64,000 bases of DNA from Dehalococcoidia bacterium UBA2979 (GCA_002348225.1 DEAP01000041.1:5047-69046), one strand, 5' to 3'. Counted from the first letter of the stretch, positions 48,750-59,571 are shown. Numbers and translations: made by a program. The notes: a model not told the origin generated them from the sequence alone.

Positions 48750-49930
48750 TTCGCCCTAGTTTTGAGGACTTGAAGAAGTCGTGCAGGCGCGATGATTGTG
48801 ACTGTCGATTTACCTGATTCGGTGACTATTTCTAGTTGTTCAGTTAATTGGTCAGTGGGTATATAAGCAAACCCAACACTCACCTGCCCCTGGGAGGAAT
48901 ATATCCCAGCAACGCACGCCGCAATTGGTTGTTCAGTTGACGAGTTTACTAACGGGTCTCCTTTTTTTGCCAGTCCTTTATCTCCCAAGACTAAAGCTCG
49001 GAGTAGCCTTTCAGGTCTAGCCATGGTGTCAGGGCTACGAAGCGAATTTGAGCCGACAAAGTCACGTTTTATTCCATCGGATGCCACAAAGTCCACGAGG
49101 TGGTTTAGTCCAGCATGGGCAGGAGTAGAGGGAGCCGGAGTTTCAGTGGGGGCCTCAAGTCGGTTTGCTTCAAGCCGTAGCGCATCTGACGCAGCAAGAC
49201 CCATTGGTTCAGTCCCTACAGATAACATTTGCTGCCAAATATGTTCGCCCACCTCAGGCGATGTCAATAGGTAGTAGCCATCTTCACCAGTATCGCTGTA
49301 TCTGGCGACAAGCGCTCTATATCCACCCAAAAGGATTTCGTGAGCCTCCCCTGTTGGAACTGCCTCAGGGATCGTTGGACCTAGCGCAGAAACCAAATCC
49401 TTTGCCGCTGTTGGTCCTGATACATGGAGCAAGACAGACTCCTCAATCCGGTCACGAATTACAACGTCACTATCGGGACCCACCGCGGCTTGGAGTGCAA
49501 TTAATAGGGCTGTTTGAGTCCGCGGACCTGTGATGATCACCCATCTATTTGAGTCAAGCTTGGCCCATGCCACTATGTCAAAGATCGTCCCATCTTGATT
49601 ACATGCGATTGCCGGGCCAATATTTCCGATACTCATACGTCTTGGATCAGTCGCGAAAATTTTTTCTAAAAGAGCTTCCGTATCTTCGCCAGTGACATAG
49701 AATCTGCCAAGATAGGAACGATCAGCGATAACACTCCTTGTCCGTGCCGTCATCTGCTCGTCGTACGTTCCCCGATACCATAGAGGTAGGGTGAAGGAGT
49801 GAACCGGGGCTGGATGCCAATTCGCTTTCATATGAAGATGAGCCAGCGCTAGCACGTTGGTACGCAGGGCTCCGCCGATTGTGGGAATTATTGGCGTTCG
49901 AGAATTGTCCTGGTCAGTATTGTCATCCAT
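48746..49930 (-). CDS. Aminomethyltransferase (GcvT) family folate-binding protein.
   Basis: It has a GcvT-like N-terminal domain (RSYLGRFYVTGEDTEALLEKIFATD). It is a member of the family that includes GcvT and DmdA; its specific function is not determinable. Confidence 0.65.
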   Translation of the reverse strand: MDDNTDQDNSRTPIIPTIGGALRTNVLALAHLHMKANWHPAPVHSFTLPLWYRGTYDEQMTARTRSVIADRSYLGRFYVTGEDTEALLEKIFATDPRRMSIGNIGPAIACNQDGTIFDIVAWAKLDSNRWVIITGPRTQTALLIALQAAVGPDSDVVIRDRIEESVLLHVSGPTAAKDLVSALGPTIPEAVPTGEAHEILLGGYRALVARYSDTGEDGYYLLTSPEVGEHIWQQMLSVGTEPMGLAASDALRLEANRLEAPTETPAPSTPAHAGLNHLVDFVASDGIKRDFVGSNSLRSPDTMARPERLLRALVLGDKGLAKKGDPLVNSSTEQPIAACVAGIYSSQGQVSVGFAYIPTDQLTEQLEIVTESGKSTVTIIAPARLLQVLKTRAN

Positions 49931-49948
49931 TTCTAGTATCCATTATCG

Positions 49949-50839
49949 TTAGTGTGAGTGGTCAGAGGAACGCTCATCTATCCACTTGCGAAATCCACGT
50001 TCGTCCAATTTGAGGCGACCGACGCCTGGATAAGGTCCATGACAGAACATTATGAGTGCTTCAGCATCAATGCACTCTTCGGCGAGCCGCTTCTTCGTAT
50101 CCATCGAGACTAAAGGCAAAACATCTAATCCTGAGACCCAGGCTGTCCGTTCAAGTTGTGTTTGATGCTGAACCATGTCTCCTACATATACTCCCCACTC
50201 TTGCCCTGATTTTATGATGACTGCACTATGGCCTTCCGTATGCCCTGGAGTTGGGGTAAGAATGACATTATCCGTAACTTTCAGTTCATCGGAGTATAGT
50301 TCCACATGATCCTCGATTGGATTTAGGTTTTTGCTTAGATAAGTAGCTCGGGTGCGTTCATTTGGGTTAGTGGCATCAGCCCATTCTTTTTCAGAAATGT
50401 AATATTTTGCGTTTGGAAACGTGACTAAAGGTTCGTCCTCATTTTCCCCAGGTGATGTATTCCATCCGCAGTGATCAAAATGGAGATGTGTATTGACTAC
50501 GATGTCGATGTCCTCAGGGAGTATTCCCTGACTCTCCAATGATGAGATTAGATTTCCATGTTCGAGCGGCGTTGCATTCGCCCGATCTCCTGGTTTTCCA
50601 CCCACACCTGTATCTAGAAGAATATTTTTTCCCTGTGAGCGGAGAAGTATACAATTAAGACCAAGAGGTATGCGGTGTTGATCGTCTATCGTGTTTACCA
50701 CATTTCTTTCCCACATAACTCGTGGTACGACTCCGAAAATCGCGCCAGCATCATACATAAAGTGACCGTCATTTACGACAGTAATAGGTATTGATCCGAT
50801 ATCGAAATTAGCGCCAGTAAGAAATGTGTCCGTGGTCAT
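49949..50839 (-). CDS. MBL-fold metallo-hydrolase.
   Basis: It has the HxHxDH motif (HLHFDHCGW) and downstream His/Asp ligands. Confidence 0.8.
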   Translation of the reverse strand: MTTDTFLTGANFDIGSIPITVVNDGHFMYDAGAIFGVVPRVMWERNVVNTIDDQHRIPLGLNCILLRSQGKNILLDTGVGGKPGDRANATPLEHGNLISSLESQGILPEDIDIVVNTHLHFDHCGWNTSPGENEDEPLVTFPNAKYYISEKEWADATNPNERTRATYLSKNLNPIEDHVELYSDELKVTDNVILTPTPGHTEGHSAVIIKSGQEWGVYVGDMVQHQTQLERTAWVSGLDVLPLVSMDTKKRLAEECIDAEALIMFCHGPYPGVGRLKLDERGFRKWIDERSSDHSH

Positions 50840-51015
50840 TACTTTAGATTACCAACAGAACCGGTTTCGCAGGGATTGTCACTTTTTTGTCTTCTATTTG
50901 AAGAAGTGCTCTAAGGTAGTCGCGTGGAGTTTTCAGATTGTGCAGAAAATTCTAACGATCTATCATTGCTTATCGACTCATTATATTTTTTGGGGTTGGT
51001 AAAGGGGGGATTCAT

Positions 51016-51939
51016 ATGGCAAAGCAGATGGCCTATTTTGAAGGCGAGTTTGTGCCTATTGAGGAAGCCTCTCTGAATGTAATGACCCACGCATTTAATT
51101 ACGGTACTGCTGTTTTTGAGGGTATTCGTGGTAATTGGAATTCGACACACGAAGAACTTTATCTGTTTAAGGTACACGAGCACATTGAGCGTCTCGTTCA
51201 GAGTGCCCGAATTATCAGAATGAACGGCAAGTACGATGTACAGGAAATCTCTCGGCTTGTGGTTGAATTGGCCGAACGATGTGATTATCGCGAAGATATT
51301 TATATTCGGCCTATGGTCTATAAATCTGGTCTTGATATTGGACCGGCCATTCACTCAGTGGAAGATAAGCTATTGCTTTATGTCAGGCCGCTTGGTGACT
51401 ACCTCGACCCCGAGGCCGGTGCCACAGTAATGACTTCCTCCTGGCGCAGAGTTGACGATACTTCGATCCCGGCGAGGGCTAAGGTTTCAGGTTTGTATGT
51501 CAATAACGGTTTGGCAACGAGTGAAGCAAAACAGAATGGCATGACGGAAGCAATTATGCTCAACCAGGATGGTCATGTTTCTGAAGGTGCAGGTGAAAAC
51601 TTGGTAATGATCCGAAACGGCGTTTTGATTACTCCTCCACCCAGTGACAATATTCTGGAAGGTATTACCCTTGATACAGCGTTATTTCTTGCTCAGGAAG
51701 AACTGGGATTAACTGTCGAGCGAAGGACGATCGATCGGTCAGAACTATATATTGCTGAAGAGCTATTTATGACTGGGACTGCAGCGCATGTAACGCCAGT
51801 CACTGAGGTCGATCGAGTTGAGGTAGGAGATGGTAAGCCAGGGCCGATATCTCGTGAGTTACAGAAATTATTTTTCAATGCGATAACGGGAGAGCTCGAC
51901 AAATACCATGGCTGGTTAGATTCTGTATATAAGAAGTAG
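51016..51939 (+). CDS. ilvE: Branched-chain-amino-acid aminotransferase.
   Basis: It is a fold-type IV PLP enzyme with the conserved EGxxxN-like region (FEGIRGNW) and the catalytic Lys region. An AAAGGGGGG RBS precedes it. Confidence 0.9.
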   Translation: MAKQMAYFEGEFVPIEEASLNVMTHAFNYGTAVFEGIRGNWNSTHEELYLFKVHEHIERLVQSARIIRMNGKYDVQEISRLVVELAERCDYREDIYIRPMVYKSGLDIGPAIHSVEDKLLLYVRPLGDYLDPEAGATVMTSSWRRVDDTSIPARAKVSGLYVNNGLATSEAKQNGMTEAIMLNQDGHVSEGAGENLVMIRNGVLITPPPSDNILEGITLDTALFLAQEELGLTVERRTIDRSELYIAEELFMTGTAAHVTPVTEVDRVEVGDGKPGPISRELQKLFFNAITGELDKYHGWLDSVYKK

Positions 51940-51950
51940 TTTTTCCCAGC

Positions 51951-52892
51951 ATGAATGATTCTGCAACTCTCCGACCATCCTGGTCAAAAATTGTTCTTGC
52001 ATACGCAGCGTTGAGCCTAGTAATCGTAGCGTTCGCGCTGTGTTTATTTCTATACGCATCCTCGCAGGAGTTAAGCGCGCTCAGGACTGCCTGTTATACA
52101 CTTGGCGGATTAGCCCTAGTGTTAATTCCAGTCCTTACCTACCAGGCCTACGTTTTTCATACAATGAATTTTGAAGTGTTTGAAGATGCTCTTAGGTTGA
52201 AACTAGGCCTTATAACGCATGTAATTCCGCTACATCTGATTGAGAAAGTGGGGGTGGGAACTTTCACCACAAGTTTCACAGCGAATCCGCTGTCGATGTT
52301 TGGTTTTTATAACGTGGAGGGAAAATCAGCTAGTGGTCCCTCCACTGTGGACCAAAAAAATATCTATATTTTTTCCTGTTCAGGTGTGGGAAGAGATTTG
52401 TTCTATGTGGAGACAAATGATTGTGTTTTTGGATTAGGTGTCACGGACGAGGCAGCTTTTTCTGCTTCTATAGGGGAATATGGGTCTAGCAGGAGCCGTC
52501 AACAAGGTCGTGGACTGACTGTAGAGCATTCATACCATCACATAGTTAAGTTTTTCACTGATTATATTTGGTGGTATTTGGTGGCGTTGAGTATTCTTCT
52601 TACTGGTCTTATGTGGATACTTGTTGGATTGAGAGTGGATTCAATTCCAACGTATCTAGAGGGAGCATTTCCTTTGAGTAGTCCTGAACCTCGTTTTATC
52701 GAATTGTGGGATAGCAGACTTCTCTTTCAGATTCCAGAAATGATCAGTTGGTTCGTGGTGTCCAGCGTCTGCCTAGGCTTCCTTTGTCATTTCGGTAACA
52801 ATCTGGTAGGTAGGGGACTCGTGTTACTAGCAAATATCTGGCCGCTACTAGGAATCTTTTTGACGGAATCAGCTATTCGGATCTATTCTTAA
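51951..52892 (+). CDS. Hypothetical membrane protein (bacterial PH-domain/DUF304-like).
   Basis: It has two N-terminal TM helices followed by a soluble domain and further TM helices. Confidence 0.4.
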   Translation: MNDSATLRPSWSKIVLAYAALSLVIVAFALCLFLYASSQELSALRTACYTLGGLALVLIPVLTYQAYVFHTMNFEVFEDALRLKLGLITHVIPLHLIEKVGVGTFTTSFTANPLSMFGFYNVEGKSASGPSTVDQKNIYIFSCSGVGRDLFYVETNDCVFGLGVTDEAAFSASIGEYGSSRSRQQGRGLTVEHSYHHIVKFFTDYIWWYLVALSILLTGLMWILVGLRVDSIPTYLEGAFPLSSPEPRFIELWDSRLLFQIPEMISWFVVSSVCLGFLCHFGNNLVGRGLVLLANIWPLLGIFLTESAIRIYS

Positions 52893-52937
52893 TCACTCAG
52901 TCATGACTGTATATCTATACAGGTATAACCTTGATTT

Positions 52938-54137
52938 ATGGGGAATATAGAGACAGAAGTACTCGTTGTCGGAGCCGGTCCTGCGGGTAGCATCGCGGCT
53001 CATCAAATCGCTAGTTCTGGCTTTGAAGTTACCTTACTGGATAGGGCTAAGTTTCCGCGTGACAAACCTTGCGGGGGTGGAGTCACTGTTCGGTGTGAGT
53101 CACTTCTTCCATTCTCAATTGATCCGGTGGTTGAGGATATTATCAGCTCGGCTGAAATCGCCTTGCGCGATGAGAAACCAATCTTTCGGGAGTCTTCGCA
53201 AACTTTAACCTATATGACACAAAGGTCTAAACTTGATGCGTTCTTGGCAGAGAAAGCGCAGGAATCTGGTGCGGTATTCCGGGACAGTGAGTTGGTTCAG
53301 GATATAAGGTCTCTGGCTGGAGATGGTTTTTCTGTGACTACCAAATCTGGCACGAGGATTCTGTCAAAAGTTATATTAGGTGCTGATGGAGCAAATGGGA
53401 TTACAGCAAATCGACTTGGCTACGATAGACATCTAGGAGGTGCAGTAGCACTCGAAGGGAATATTTATTTTCCTGAGGGTGTTCCAGAACGATTTGCTCA
53501 CACGGTTGTTCTTAATTTTGGATATCTTACCGATGGGTACGGCTGGATTTTTCCTAAAAAGGATCACATCAATATAGGCGTGGGCGCTAGTCGTGATAGT
53601 GGTGGTAAGAGACTAAGTTCAGCCCTCACAAGATTGGCAGAAATATATGGGGTCGATTTACGGAAAATAGAAAATCTTCGCGGCCACCATCTGCCAATGC
53701 GTCAGAGTTCCGCAGCTTTAACGCGGGGAGGTTCGGCCCTGCTCGGTGATGCAGCGGGCTTAGTTGATCCACTGTCTGGTGAAGGTATTTTTGCTGCTCT
53801 TAGCTCCGGAATGGCTGTCGCACCGGTAGTAGGGCAGTATCTGACTGGTCAGTCCTCTTCCCTCGTGTCCTATGCTAGCAAGCTAGAAAAAGACTTGATT
53901 CCCGAAATAGAAACATCACATGCCTTGATGGAAATACTACACGCTTATCCACGCCCATTTATATGGATGCTCCAGCATTTGGATCTTTTCTGGACCGGGG
54001 CGATTGATTTGATTCGTGGTGATTCCACCTACATAGACTTGACTGCTAGGTTTGGTGCGGTTGGCAGGAAACTTCTTACTCCTACTGCGATGGCGGGATC
54101 ATTTATCTCCCGATGGCGCAGGAACCATCTTAATTGA
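52938..54137 (+). CDS. Geranylgeranyl-reductase family FAD-dependent oxidoreductase.
   Basis: It has VLVVGAGPAGSIAAHQIASSGFEVTLLDR FAD-binding motif and the GDAAGLVDPLSGEGI motif. Confidence 0.8.
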   Translation: MGNIETEVLVVGAGPAGSIAAHQIASSGFEVTLLDRAKFPRDKPCGGGVTVRCESLLPFSIDPVVEDIISSAEIALRDEKPIFRESSQTLTYMTQRSKLDAFLAEKAQESGAVFRDSELVQDIRSLAGDGFSVTTKSGTRILSKVILGADGANGITANRLGYDRHLGGAVALEGNIYFPEGVPERFAHTVVLNFGYLTDGYGWIFPKKDHINIGVGASRDSGGKRLSSALTRLAEIYGVDLRKIENLRGHHLPMRQSSAALTRGGSALLGDAAGLVDPLSGEGIFAALSSGMAVAPVVGQYLTGQSSSLVSYASKLEKDLIPEIETSHALMEILHAYPRPFIWMLQHLDLFWTGAIDLIRGDSTYIDLTARFGAVGRKLLTPTAMAGSFISRWRRNHLN

Positions 54138-54177
54138 CTTGACTCTTCCGCAAGATTACCGGAGACTACGGGATACT

Positions 54178-54300
54178 ATGAACACGATGTATTCAGACAC
54201 CAGGTTAACAACAGTGTGCACACACTTGTCGGTGTCCGTCGTGGTTAACGTGTCCTAGGGTGGCCTTCTGGCCGCCCGCCCGCTCGCGTGTCGAGCCATG
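54178..54300 (+). promoter_or_regulatory. Candidate Val-rich leader peptide (MNTMYSDTRLTTVCTHLSVSVVVNVS) plus a GC-rich hairpin upstream of ilvBNC.
   Basis: It is a 26-codon ORF with 6 Val, 4 Thr and 2 Leu. Five of seven codons before the stop are Val. It is followed by GGCCTTCTGGCC and GCCCGCCCGC elements and lies about 190 nt upstream of ilvB. Confidence 0.25.
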
Positions 54301-54447
54301 TTGCGAAAATCTTGCAAATCAAGTTTACGCTTTACCTAATTAAGTTAATAATTAAAGTTTAGGAACGTTATCTATCGAGATACCTTGAGAATATCGATGA
54401 AATAGTCTTTTGGCTTTTCTTAAACACCGAAAAGAAAGAAAGCAAAT

Positions 54448-56142
54448 ATGTCAAAAATAAGTGGTGCCGACATTGTTTTAAGATGCTTACAGGAGCTTGG
54501 AGTGGATACGCTATTTGGCTATCCCGGGGGGGTAGTTCTGCCTCTTTATGATCGCTTTCCACAGTATCCTGATATAAATCATATTTTAGTCCGTCACGAG
54601 CAGGCAGCCGGACATGCGGCGGATGGATATGCCCGTGCCTCGGGGAAACTTGGTGTTGCATTGGCTACGTCAGGTCCAGGAGCCACAAATCTTGTGACTG
54701 CTATTACGAATGCCCACATGGATTCGGTACCCACACTGTTTATTACCGGAAATGTCACTCGTTCACTGTTGGGGAAAGACGGATTTCAGGAAGCTGATAT
54801 AACTGGTATTACCATGCCCACGGTTAAGCACAATTATTTGGTTATGCGACCCGATGATCTTGCGTATGCATTTAAAGAGGCAGCATATATTGCCACAACA
54901 GGTAGGCCGGGTGCGGTGCATATTGATATCCCGAAAGACGTATTCATTGAAGAAGCTGAATTCAGCTGGCCCGAGACGATAAATGTTCGAGGATATAATC
55001 CACCGTCAACCGCTGAGCAGGATTCAATACAGCAAGCGGCTGAGATCATCGATCAGTCAGAGCGCCCGCTAATCTTTGCGGGTCATGGGATCATTTTATC
55101 TGATGCCGCCGATGACCTTAGAAAGTTTGCAGAAAAATCGGGCACCCCTGTCGTGAATACCCTGCTTGGGCTGGGATCCATCGCACCCGATCATGTCCTT
55201 TCCTATGGAATGATGGGGATGCACGGTTCTTATTGGGCTAATCATGCTGCTTCAAATGCGGATGTGATCATTGGGCTTGGGATGCGGATGGACGACCGGG
55301 CCTTGGGAAGATTCGAGGACATGAACCCTACGGCAAAAATCATTCATGTGGATATTGATCCTGCCGAGCATCAAAAAAACCTTGAAACTCATGTTCCAAT
55401 AGTTGGAAACGTCTGTGATGTACTCAAGCAATTAACCAATACAGTGCAGAAAGCAACTCACCCAGACTGGCTTTCGTGGATTGATGACTTGAGGATCGGA
55501 CATCGAGCGTCGATGTCAGTGCCTGAAGGCCCTGAACTTACTGCTCAATACGCGATTGCCCGAATTGCTGACTACATTGGAACCGAATCAGTTCTTTGTA
55601 CAGGCGTGGGTCAACATCAGATGTGGTCAGCACAGTTCGGTGCGATCTCTAGACCCCGTCAGTTCATAACATCAGGTGGACTGGGGACGATGGGGTTTGA
55701 AGTGCCTGCTGCTATGGGTGCTCAGGCAGCATGCCCAGATCGATCTGTTTGGACTATTTGTGGTGATGGTGGATTTCAAATGACCTTCCAGGAAATCGGT
55801 ACGATGGTAGACGCTAAACTCCCGGTGCGGATGGCAATAATGAATAACTGCTATCTCGGGATGGTTCGCCAGTGGCAAGAACTCTTCTACGATCAAAATC
55901 TAGTCGATGTAGATATTTCTCAACCAGATTTTCTCAAAATTGCAGAGGCTTATGGGATCAAGGGGATCAGGGTTGATAACCAGGAAGATGTGGATGCTGC
56001 TATAGAGGAAGCCGAAGCCACGGAGGGACCTGTACTTATAGATTTCCGCGTCGTTCGGCAGGACAATGTTTGGCCTATGGTGCCGGCCGGTGCTGCCCTA
56101 AGCGAGACGATAGAATCCGCTGAAGAGTCAGGTATGAGCTAG
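54448..56142 (+). CDS. ilvB: Acetolactate synthase, large subunit (biosynthetic type).
   Basis: It has the canonical AHAS N-terminus (ISGADIVLRCLQELGVDTLFGYPGG) and the TPP motif GDGGFQMTFQEIGT...NN. Confidence 0.92.
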   Translation: MSKISGADIVLRCLQELGVDTLFGYPGGVVLPLYDRFPQYPDINHILVRHEQAAGHAADGYARASGKLGVALATSGPGATNLVTAITNAHMDSVPTLFITGNVTRSLLGKDGFQEADITGITMPTVKHNYLVMRPDDLAYAFKEAAYIATTGRPGAVHIDIPKDVFIEEAEFSWPETINVRGYNPPSTAEQDSIQQAAEIIDQSERPLIFAGHGIILSDAADDLRKFAEKSGTPVVNTLLGLGSIAPDHVLSYGMMGMHGSYWANHAASNADVIIGLGMRMDDRALGRFEDMNPTAKIIHVDIDPAEHQKNLETHVPIVGNVCDVLKQLTNTVQKATHPDWLSWIDDLRIGHRASMSVPEGPELTAQYAIARIADYIGTESVLCTGVGQHQMWSAQFGAISRPRQFITSGGLGTMGFEVPAAMGAQAACPDRSVWTICGDGGFQMTFQEIGTMVDAKLPVRMAIMNNCYLGMVRQWQELFYDQNLVDVDISQPDFLKIAEAYGIKGIRVDNQEDVDAAIEEAEATEGPVLIDFRVVRQDNVWPMVPAGAALSETIESAEESGMS

Positions 56143-56184
56143 CATCTCGTATTTAAAATTGGACGAAATGATAAGGAAAATAGT

Positions 56185-56781
56185 ATGAAGGTAAGTCGAA
56201 ATGGCTCGCGACAAACTATCGCTGCTTTGGTTGAGGACCGTCCGGGTGTTTTGACCCGAGTAGCATCGCTGTTTCGCAGGCGCGGATACAACATCGAAAG
56301 CCTAGCGGTAGGCACAACTGACGAGCAGGGTGTTTCTCGGATGACGATTGTGGTCGAGGGTACCAGTGAGGTCGGTGATCAGGTAGCGAAGCAACTTGAT
56401 AAGTTAATAGATGTCATAAATGCAGCCGTTCTTGATTCGACTGAATCGATAGAACGCGAGCTCGCACTTATCAAGGTCATGGCAAGACCTGACCAGCGGC
56501 GCGAGATATTGGATGTGGTCGAGATATTTAGGGCATCTGTTGTTGACCTCTCTGTCTCAAGTCTGATAATCCAGATCACAGCTGCAAATGAGACAATAGA
56601 GGCTTTAACGGATAATCTTCGGCCATATGGTATTTTGGAGATGGTGCGGACAGGAGCGATTGCTTTGGTAAGGGGTGAAGATACCACTCAGGTTGTTGAA
56701 TTTGAGGATGACGAGCTCCGTAGATTCCATATGGAGTCTGGGAGAATACCAACTGGACAGCTGCCGCATTTAAGTGATTGA
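56185..56781 (+). CDS. ilvN: Acetolactate synthase, small (regulatory) subunit.
   Basis: It has an ACT domain (IAALVEDRPGVLTRVASLFRRRGYNIESLAVG) and follows ilvB immediately. Confidence 0.9.
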   Translation: MKVSRNGSRQTIAALVEDRPGVLTRVASLFRRRGYNIESLAVGTTDEQGVSRMTIVVEGTSEVGDQVAKQLDKLIDVINAAVLDSTESIERELALIKVMARPDQRREILDVVEIFRASVVDLSVSSLIIQITAANETIEALTDNLRPYGILEMVRTGAIALVRGEDTTQVVEFEDDELRRFHMESGRIPTGQLPHLSD

Positions 56782-56811
56782 ATCAACTGAATTTAGGATT
56801 AACAAAGGGGG

Positions 56812-57813
56812 ATGGTTTTGGCCAAAGTATATTACGAGAACAATGCAGATCTTTCAGTACTAGATGACAAGAAGGTTGGGATAATTGGCTTTGGATCACA
56901 AGGGCATGCGCACGCCCTTAATTTGCATGAATCAGGAGTAGATGTATCAGTTGGGCTGTATCCCGGTTCTAAATCCTGGGATGCAGTCAAGGAAGCAGGA
57001 CTAGCTGTAGGTACGGTGGACGAAGTAGCTCAGACTTGTGATGTCATAATGATCTTGGTTCCCGATCAGATACAGTTTCAAGTATACAAGGAACACATTG
57101 AGCCACATCTTGAGTCTGGTAAAACCCTTATGTTCGCGCACGGGTTTAATATCCATTTCGATGCGATCAATCCTCCTCCAAATATTGATGTGTCCATGAT
57201 CGCACCCAAAGGACCAGGCCATTTGGTTCGTCGAGTGTTCCAAGAGGGCGGTGGAGTGCCTGCTCTTGTTGCAATTCATCAAGATGCCAGTGAATCAGCC
57301 CTCGCGGTTGCGCTGGCCTATGGGAAAGGCCTAGGTGCTACTAAAGCCGGAATTCTCGAAACAACTTTCAGAGAAGAAACCGAAACCGATCTGTTTGGCG
57401 AGCAAGCAGTTCTGTGTGGAGGTATTGCAGAGATGGCTAAAGCAGGATTTGAAGTCTTGATTGAAGCCGGATATCAGCCTGAATCCGCATATTATGAGAC
57501 CTTCCACGAGATTAAGCTTATTGTTGATCTTATGTATGAAGGTGGATTAGCTGCGATGTTCTCATCAGTCTCTGACACGGCTGAATATGGGGCGTACACG
57601 AGAGGACCACGCATTATTACTAGTGAGACTAAAGATGAGATGCGTAAAATTCTTGCTGAAGTTCAAGAGGGTAAATTCGCTCGCGAGTGGCTTCTGGAGA
57701 ATCAAGTTGGTCAGCCACATTTCAGAGCACTGAGACGAATCACAGCTGAACATCCTGTTGAAGAAGTCGGCTCAGAAGTCCGTTCAATGATGGCTTGGTT
57801 AAACCAAAAGTAG
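56812..57813 (+). CDS. ilvC: Ketol-acid reductoisomerase.
   Basis: It has the N-terminus [35 protein letters not shown] and the class I KARI length. Confidence 0.93.
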   Translation: MVLAKVYYENNADLSVLDDKKVGIIGFGSQGHAHALNLHESGVDVSVGLYPGSKSWDAVKEAGLAVGTVDEVAQTCDVIMILVPDQIQFQVYKEHIEPHLESGKTLMFAHGFNIHFDAINPPPNIDVSMIAPKGPGHLVRRVFQEGGGVPALVAIHQDASESALAVALAYGKGLGATKAGILETTFREETETDLFGEQAVLCGGIAEMAKAGFEVLIEAGYQPESAYYETFHEIKLIVDLMYEGGLAAMFSSVSDTAEYGAYTRGPRIITSETKDEMRKILAEVQEGKFAREWLLENQVGQPHFRALRRITAEHPVEEVGSEVRSMMAWLNQK

Positions 57814-57831
57814 AAGATTTACTTACTTTGG

Positions 57832-58746
57832 TCAGCGATACACTGGTGGTCTGATCCCTGTTACATTCACGTCTAGCCTATATACGCTTGTGCGTGCGGT
57901 AAGGAAGATAGTTTGGTAATTGTCTCCACCGAATGCAATATTTGCCGGTAATTCTGGGAATTCAATTTGTCCAAGTACTGTGCCATTGGGCTCAATGACC
58001 CAGACACCTCCTGCTCCGGTGGTCCAGAGCCTTCCTTCGGTGTCAACTTTCATTCCATCTGGGTTTCCGGGCCTGTCGTCTGAGGACATATCAATGAATA
58101 ATTGTTGATTTTCTAGTCGGCCGTTTTCATCGATATCAAATGTTCTAATGAGACCATCTTTAGAGTCACCAACGTACAATTGATTTTCGTCAGGTGATAA
58201 TGCTAGACCGTTGGGCTGCGTAAATATATCTGTGAGGAGTTCTAGCTTTCCATCTGGATCAATCTTGTAAACTCCTTGAAAATTAAGTTCTTGTTTGGCA
58301 TCCGGGTTGCCCTGAACATGTACCCGCCCGGGTTGCGGTAGCCCGTATGTTGGGTCCGTAAAGTAAATAGACCCATTGCTATGAACGACTATATCGTTGG
58401 GGCTGTTGAGGAGCTTGCCGTCCCAATGATCCGCAAGGCTATTCACGACCGAATCGTTATATGAGGCCTGCGAGACCCGTCTCCCCGAGTGCTCGCACGC
58501 GAGTAGTTTCCCTTCGTTATCTACAGTAAGACCATTCGAATGCCCGCTTGGTTCCCGATATATGTCTACTTCACCAGTGGACTTAGTCCAACGGTGGATT
58601 CGCTGATTATTGATATCACTGAACAATAAAACGTTCTGATCGACAAGCCAGATTGGGCCTTCGGTGAATGCGAATCCTGTGGCAATCTGAACAGCATCAT
58701 CGTTTGTCACGAGTCCAGAAAGTCCAGTGTCGTTACTGATTACCAT
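57832..58746 (-). CDS. SMP-30/gluconolactonase/LRE family protein.
   Basis: It has the six-bladed beta-propeller signature (NDIVVHSNGSIYFTDP, GLALSPDE). Confidence 0.8.
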   Translation of the reverse strand: MVISNDTGLSGLVTNDDAVQIATGFAFTEGPIWLVDQNVLLFSDINNQRIHRWTKSTGEVDIYREPSGHSNGLTVDNEGKLLACEHSGRRVSQASYNDSVVNSLADHWDGKLLNSPNDIVVHSNGSIYFTDPTYGLPQPGRVHVQGNPDAKQELNFQGVYKIDPDGKLELLTDIFTQPNGLALSPDENQLYVGDSKDGLIRTFDIDENGRLENQQLFIDMSSDDRPGNPDGMKVDTEGRLWTTGAGGVWVIEPNGTVLGQIEFPELPANIAFGGDNYQTIFLTARTSVYRLDVNVTGIRPPVYR

Positions 58747-58776
58747 GGTGAAATCCTTTTACTGAATGATGTATTT

Positions 58777-59571
58777 TTATCTGCCTTTGAACTCAGGCTT
58801 TCTTTTCTCTGCAAAAGCTCGTGGCCCTTCTTTTGCATCTTCGGTGAAGCCAAGTCTGGCCTGCATGGCTGATTCAAGTCGAAGGCCGTCACCTAATGGC
58901 ATGTACTGCGCTCGCACCGAGAGTTCTTTGATCGCTCTCACCGCCAAAGGGGGCATAGCCGCTAATTCTTCGGCACGCTCCATCGCGGTTTCATGAACTT
59001 TGTCATGTTCTACTACTTCATTAATCAACCCGTAATGTGCAGCTCGTTCTGAAGTCAGCCTTCTTCCGAGAAGAAGCACCTCCATCGCAATCGGATAAGG
59101 CAATTGTCTGATAGTTCGTTGCGTACCTCCGTTACCGGGTAAGATGCCTCGTTTTACTTCTGAAAGGTCGAATAGAGCATGCTCTGAAGCAATACGGATG
59201 TCAGTGGCGAGCAATAGCGTCATTCCTCCGGCGAGACACAGTCCGTTAATGCCGGCAACAACTGGTTTCCAGACTTCGAGTCCTCGGTTGAGGATTTGGT
59301 TGCTTTGCGTTTGCCAAAATTCGTGAGCTTCGGGGCGCTGCGGTATCGTTTGCTTAAGATCCGCACCCGCGGAGAATACTTGTTTCTCCGGAGGACGATT
59401 GGGCTGCGATGCGGCAGTCACTACTGCTACCCAAATCTCAGGATTATCACGTACCTCGACCCAAGATTCAGACAACTTGGAATACATGTCTGGCGTCATC
59501 GCATTCAAGGCCTCCGGCCGGTTGATGGTGATTGTGGCTATGTGGTTAGCTACCTCGAAATCAATGGTCAT
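58777..59571 (-). CDS. Enoyl-CoA hydratase/isomerase family protein.
   Basis: It has crotonase motifs (FSAGADLK; AGINGLCLAGGMTLLLATDIRIA). Confidence 0.85.
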   Translation of the reverse strand: MTIDFEVANHIATITINRPEALNAMTPDMYSKLSESWVEVRDNPEIWVAVVTAASQPNRPPEKQVFSAGADLKQTIPQRPEAHEFWQTQSNQILNRGLEVWKPVVAGINGLCLAGGMTLLLATDIRIASEHALFDLSEVKRGILPGNGGTQRTIRQLPYPIAMEVLLLGRRLTSERAAHYGLINEVVEHDKVHETAMERAEELAAMPPLAVRAIKELSVRAQYMPLGDGLRLESAMQARLGFTEDAKEGPRAFAEKRKPEFKGR

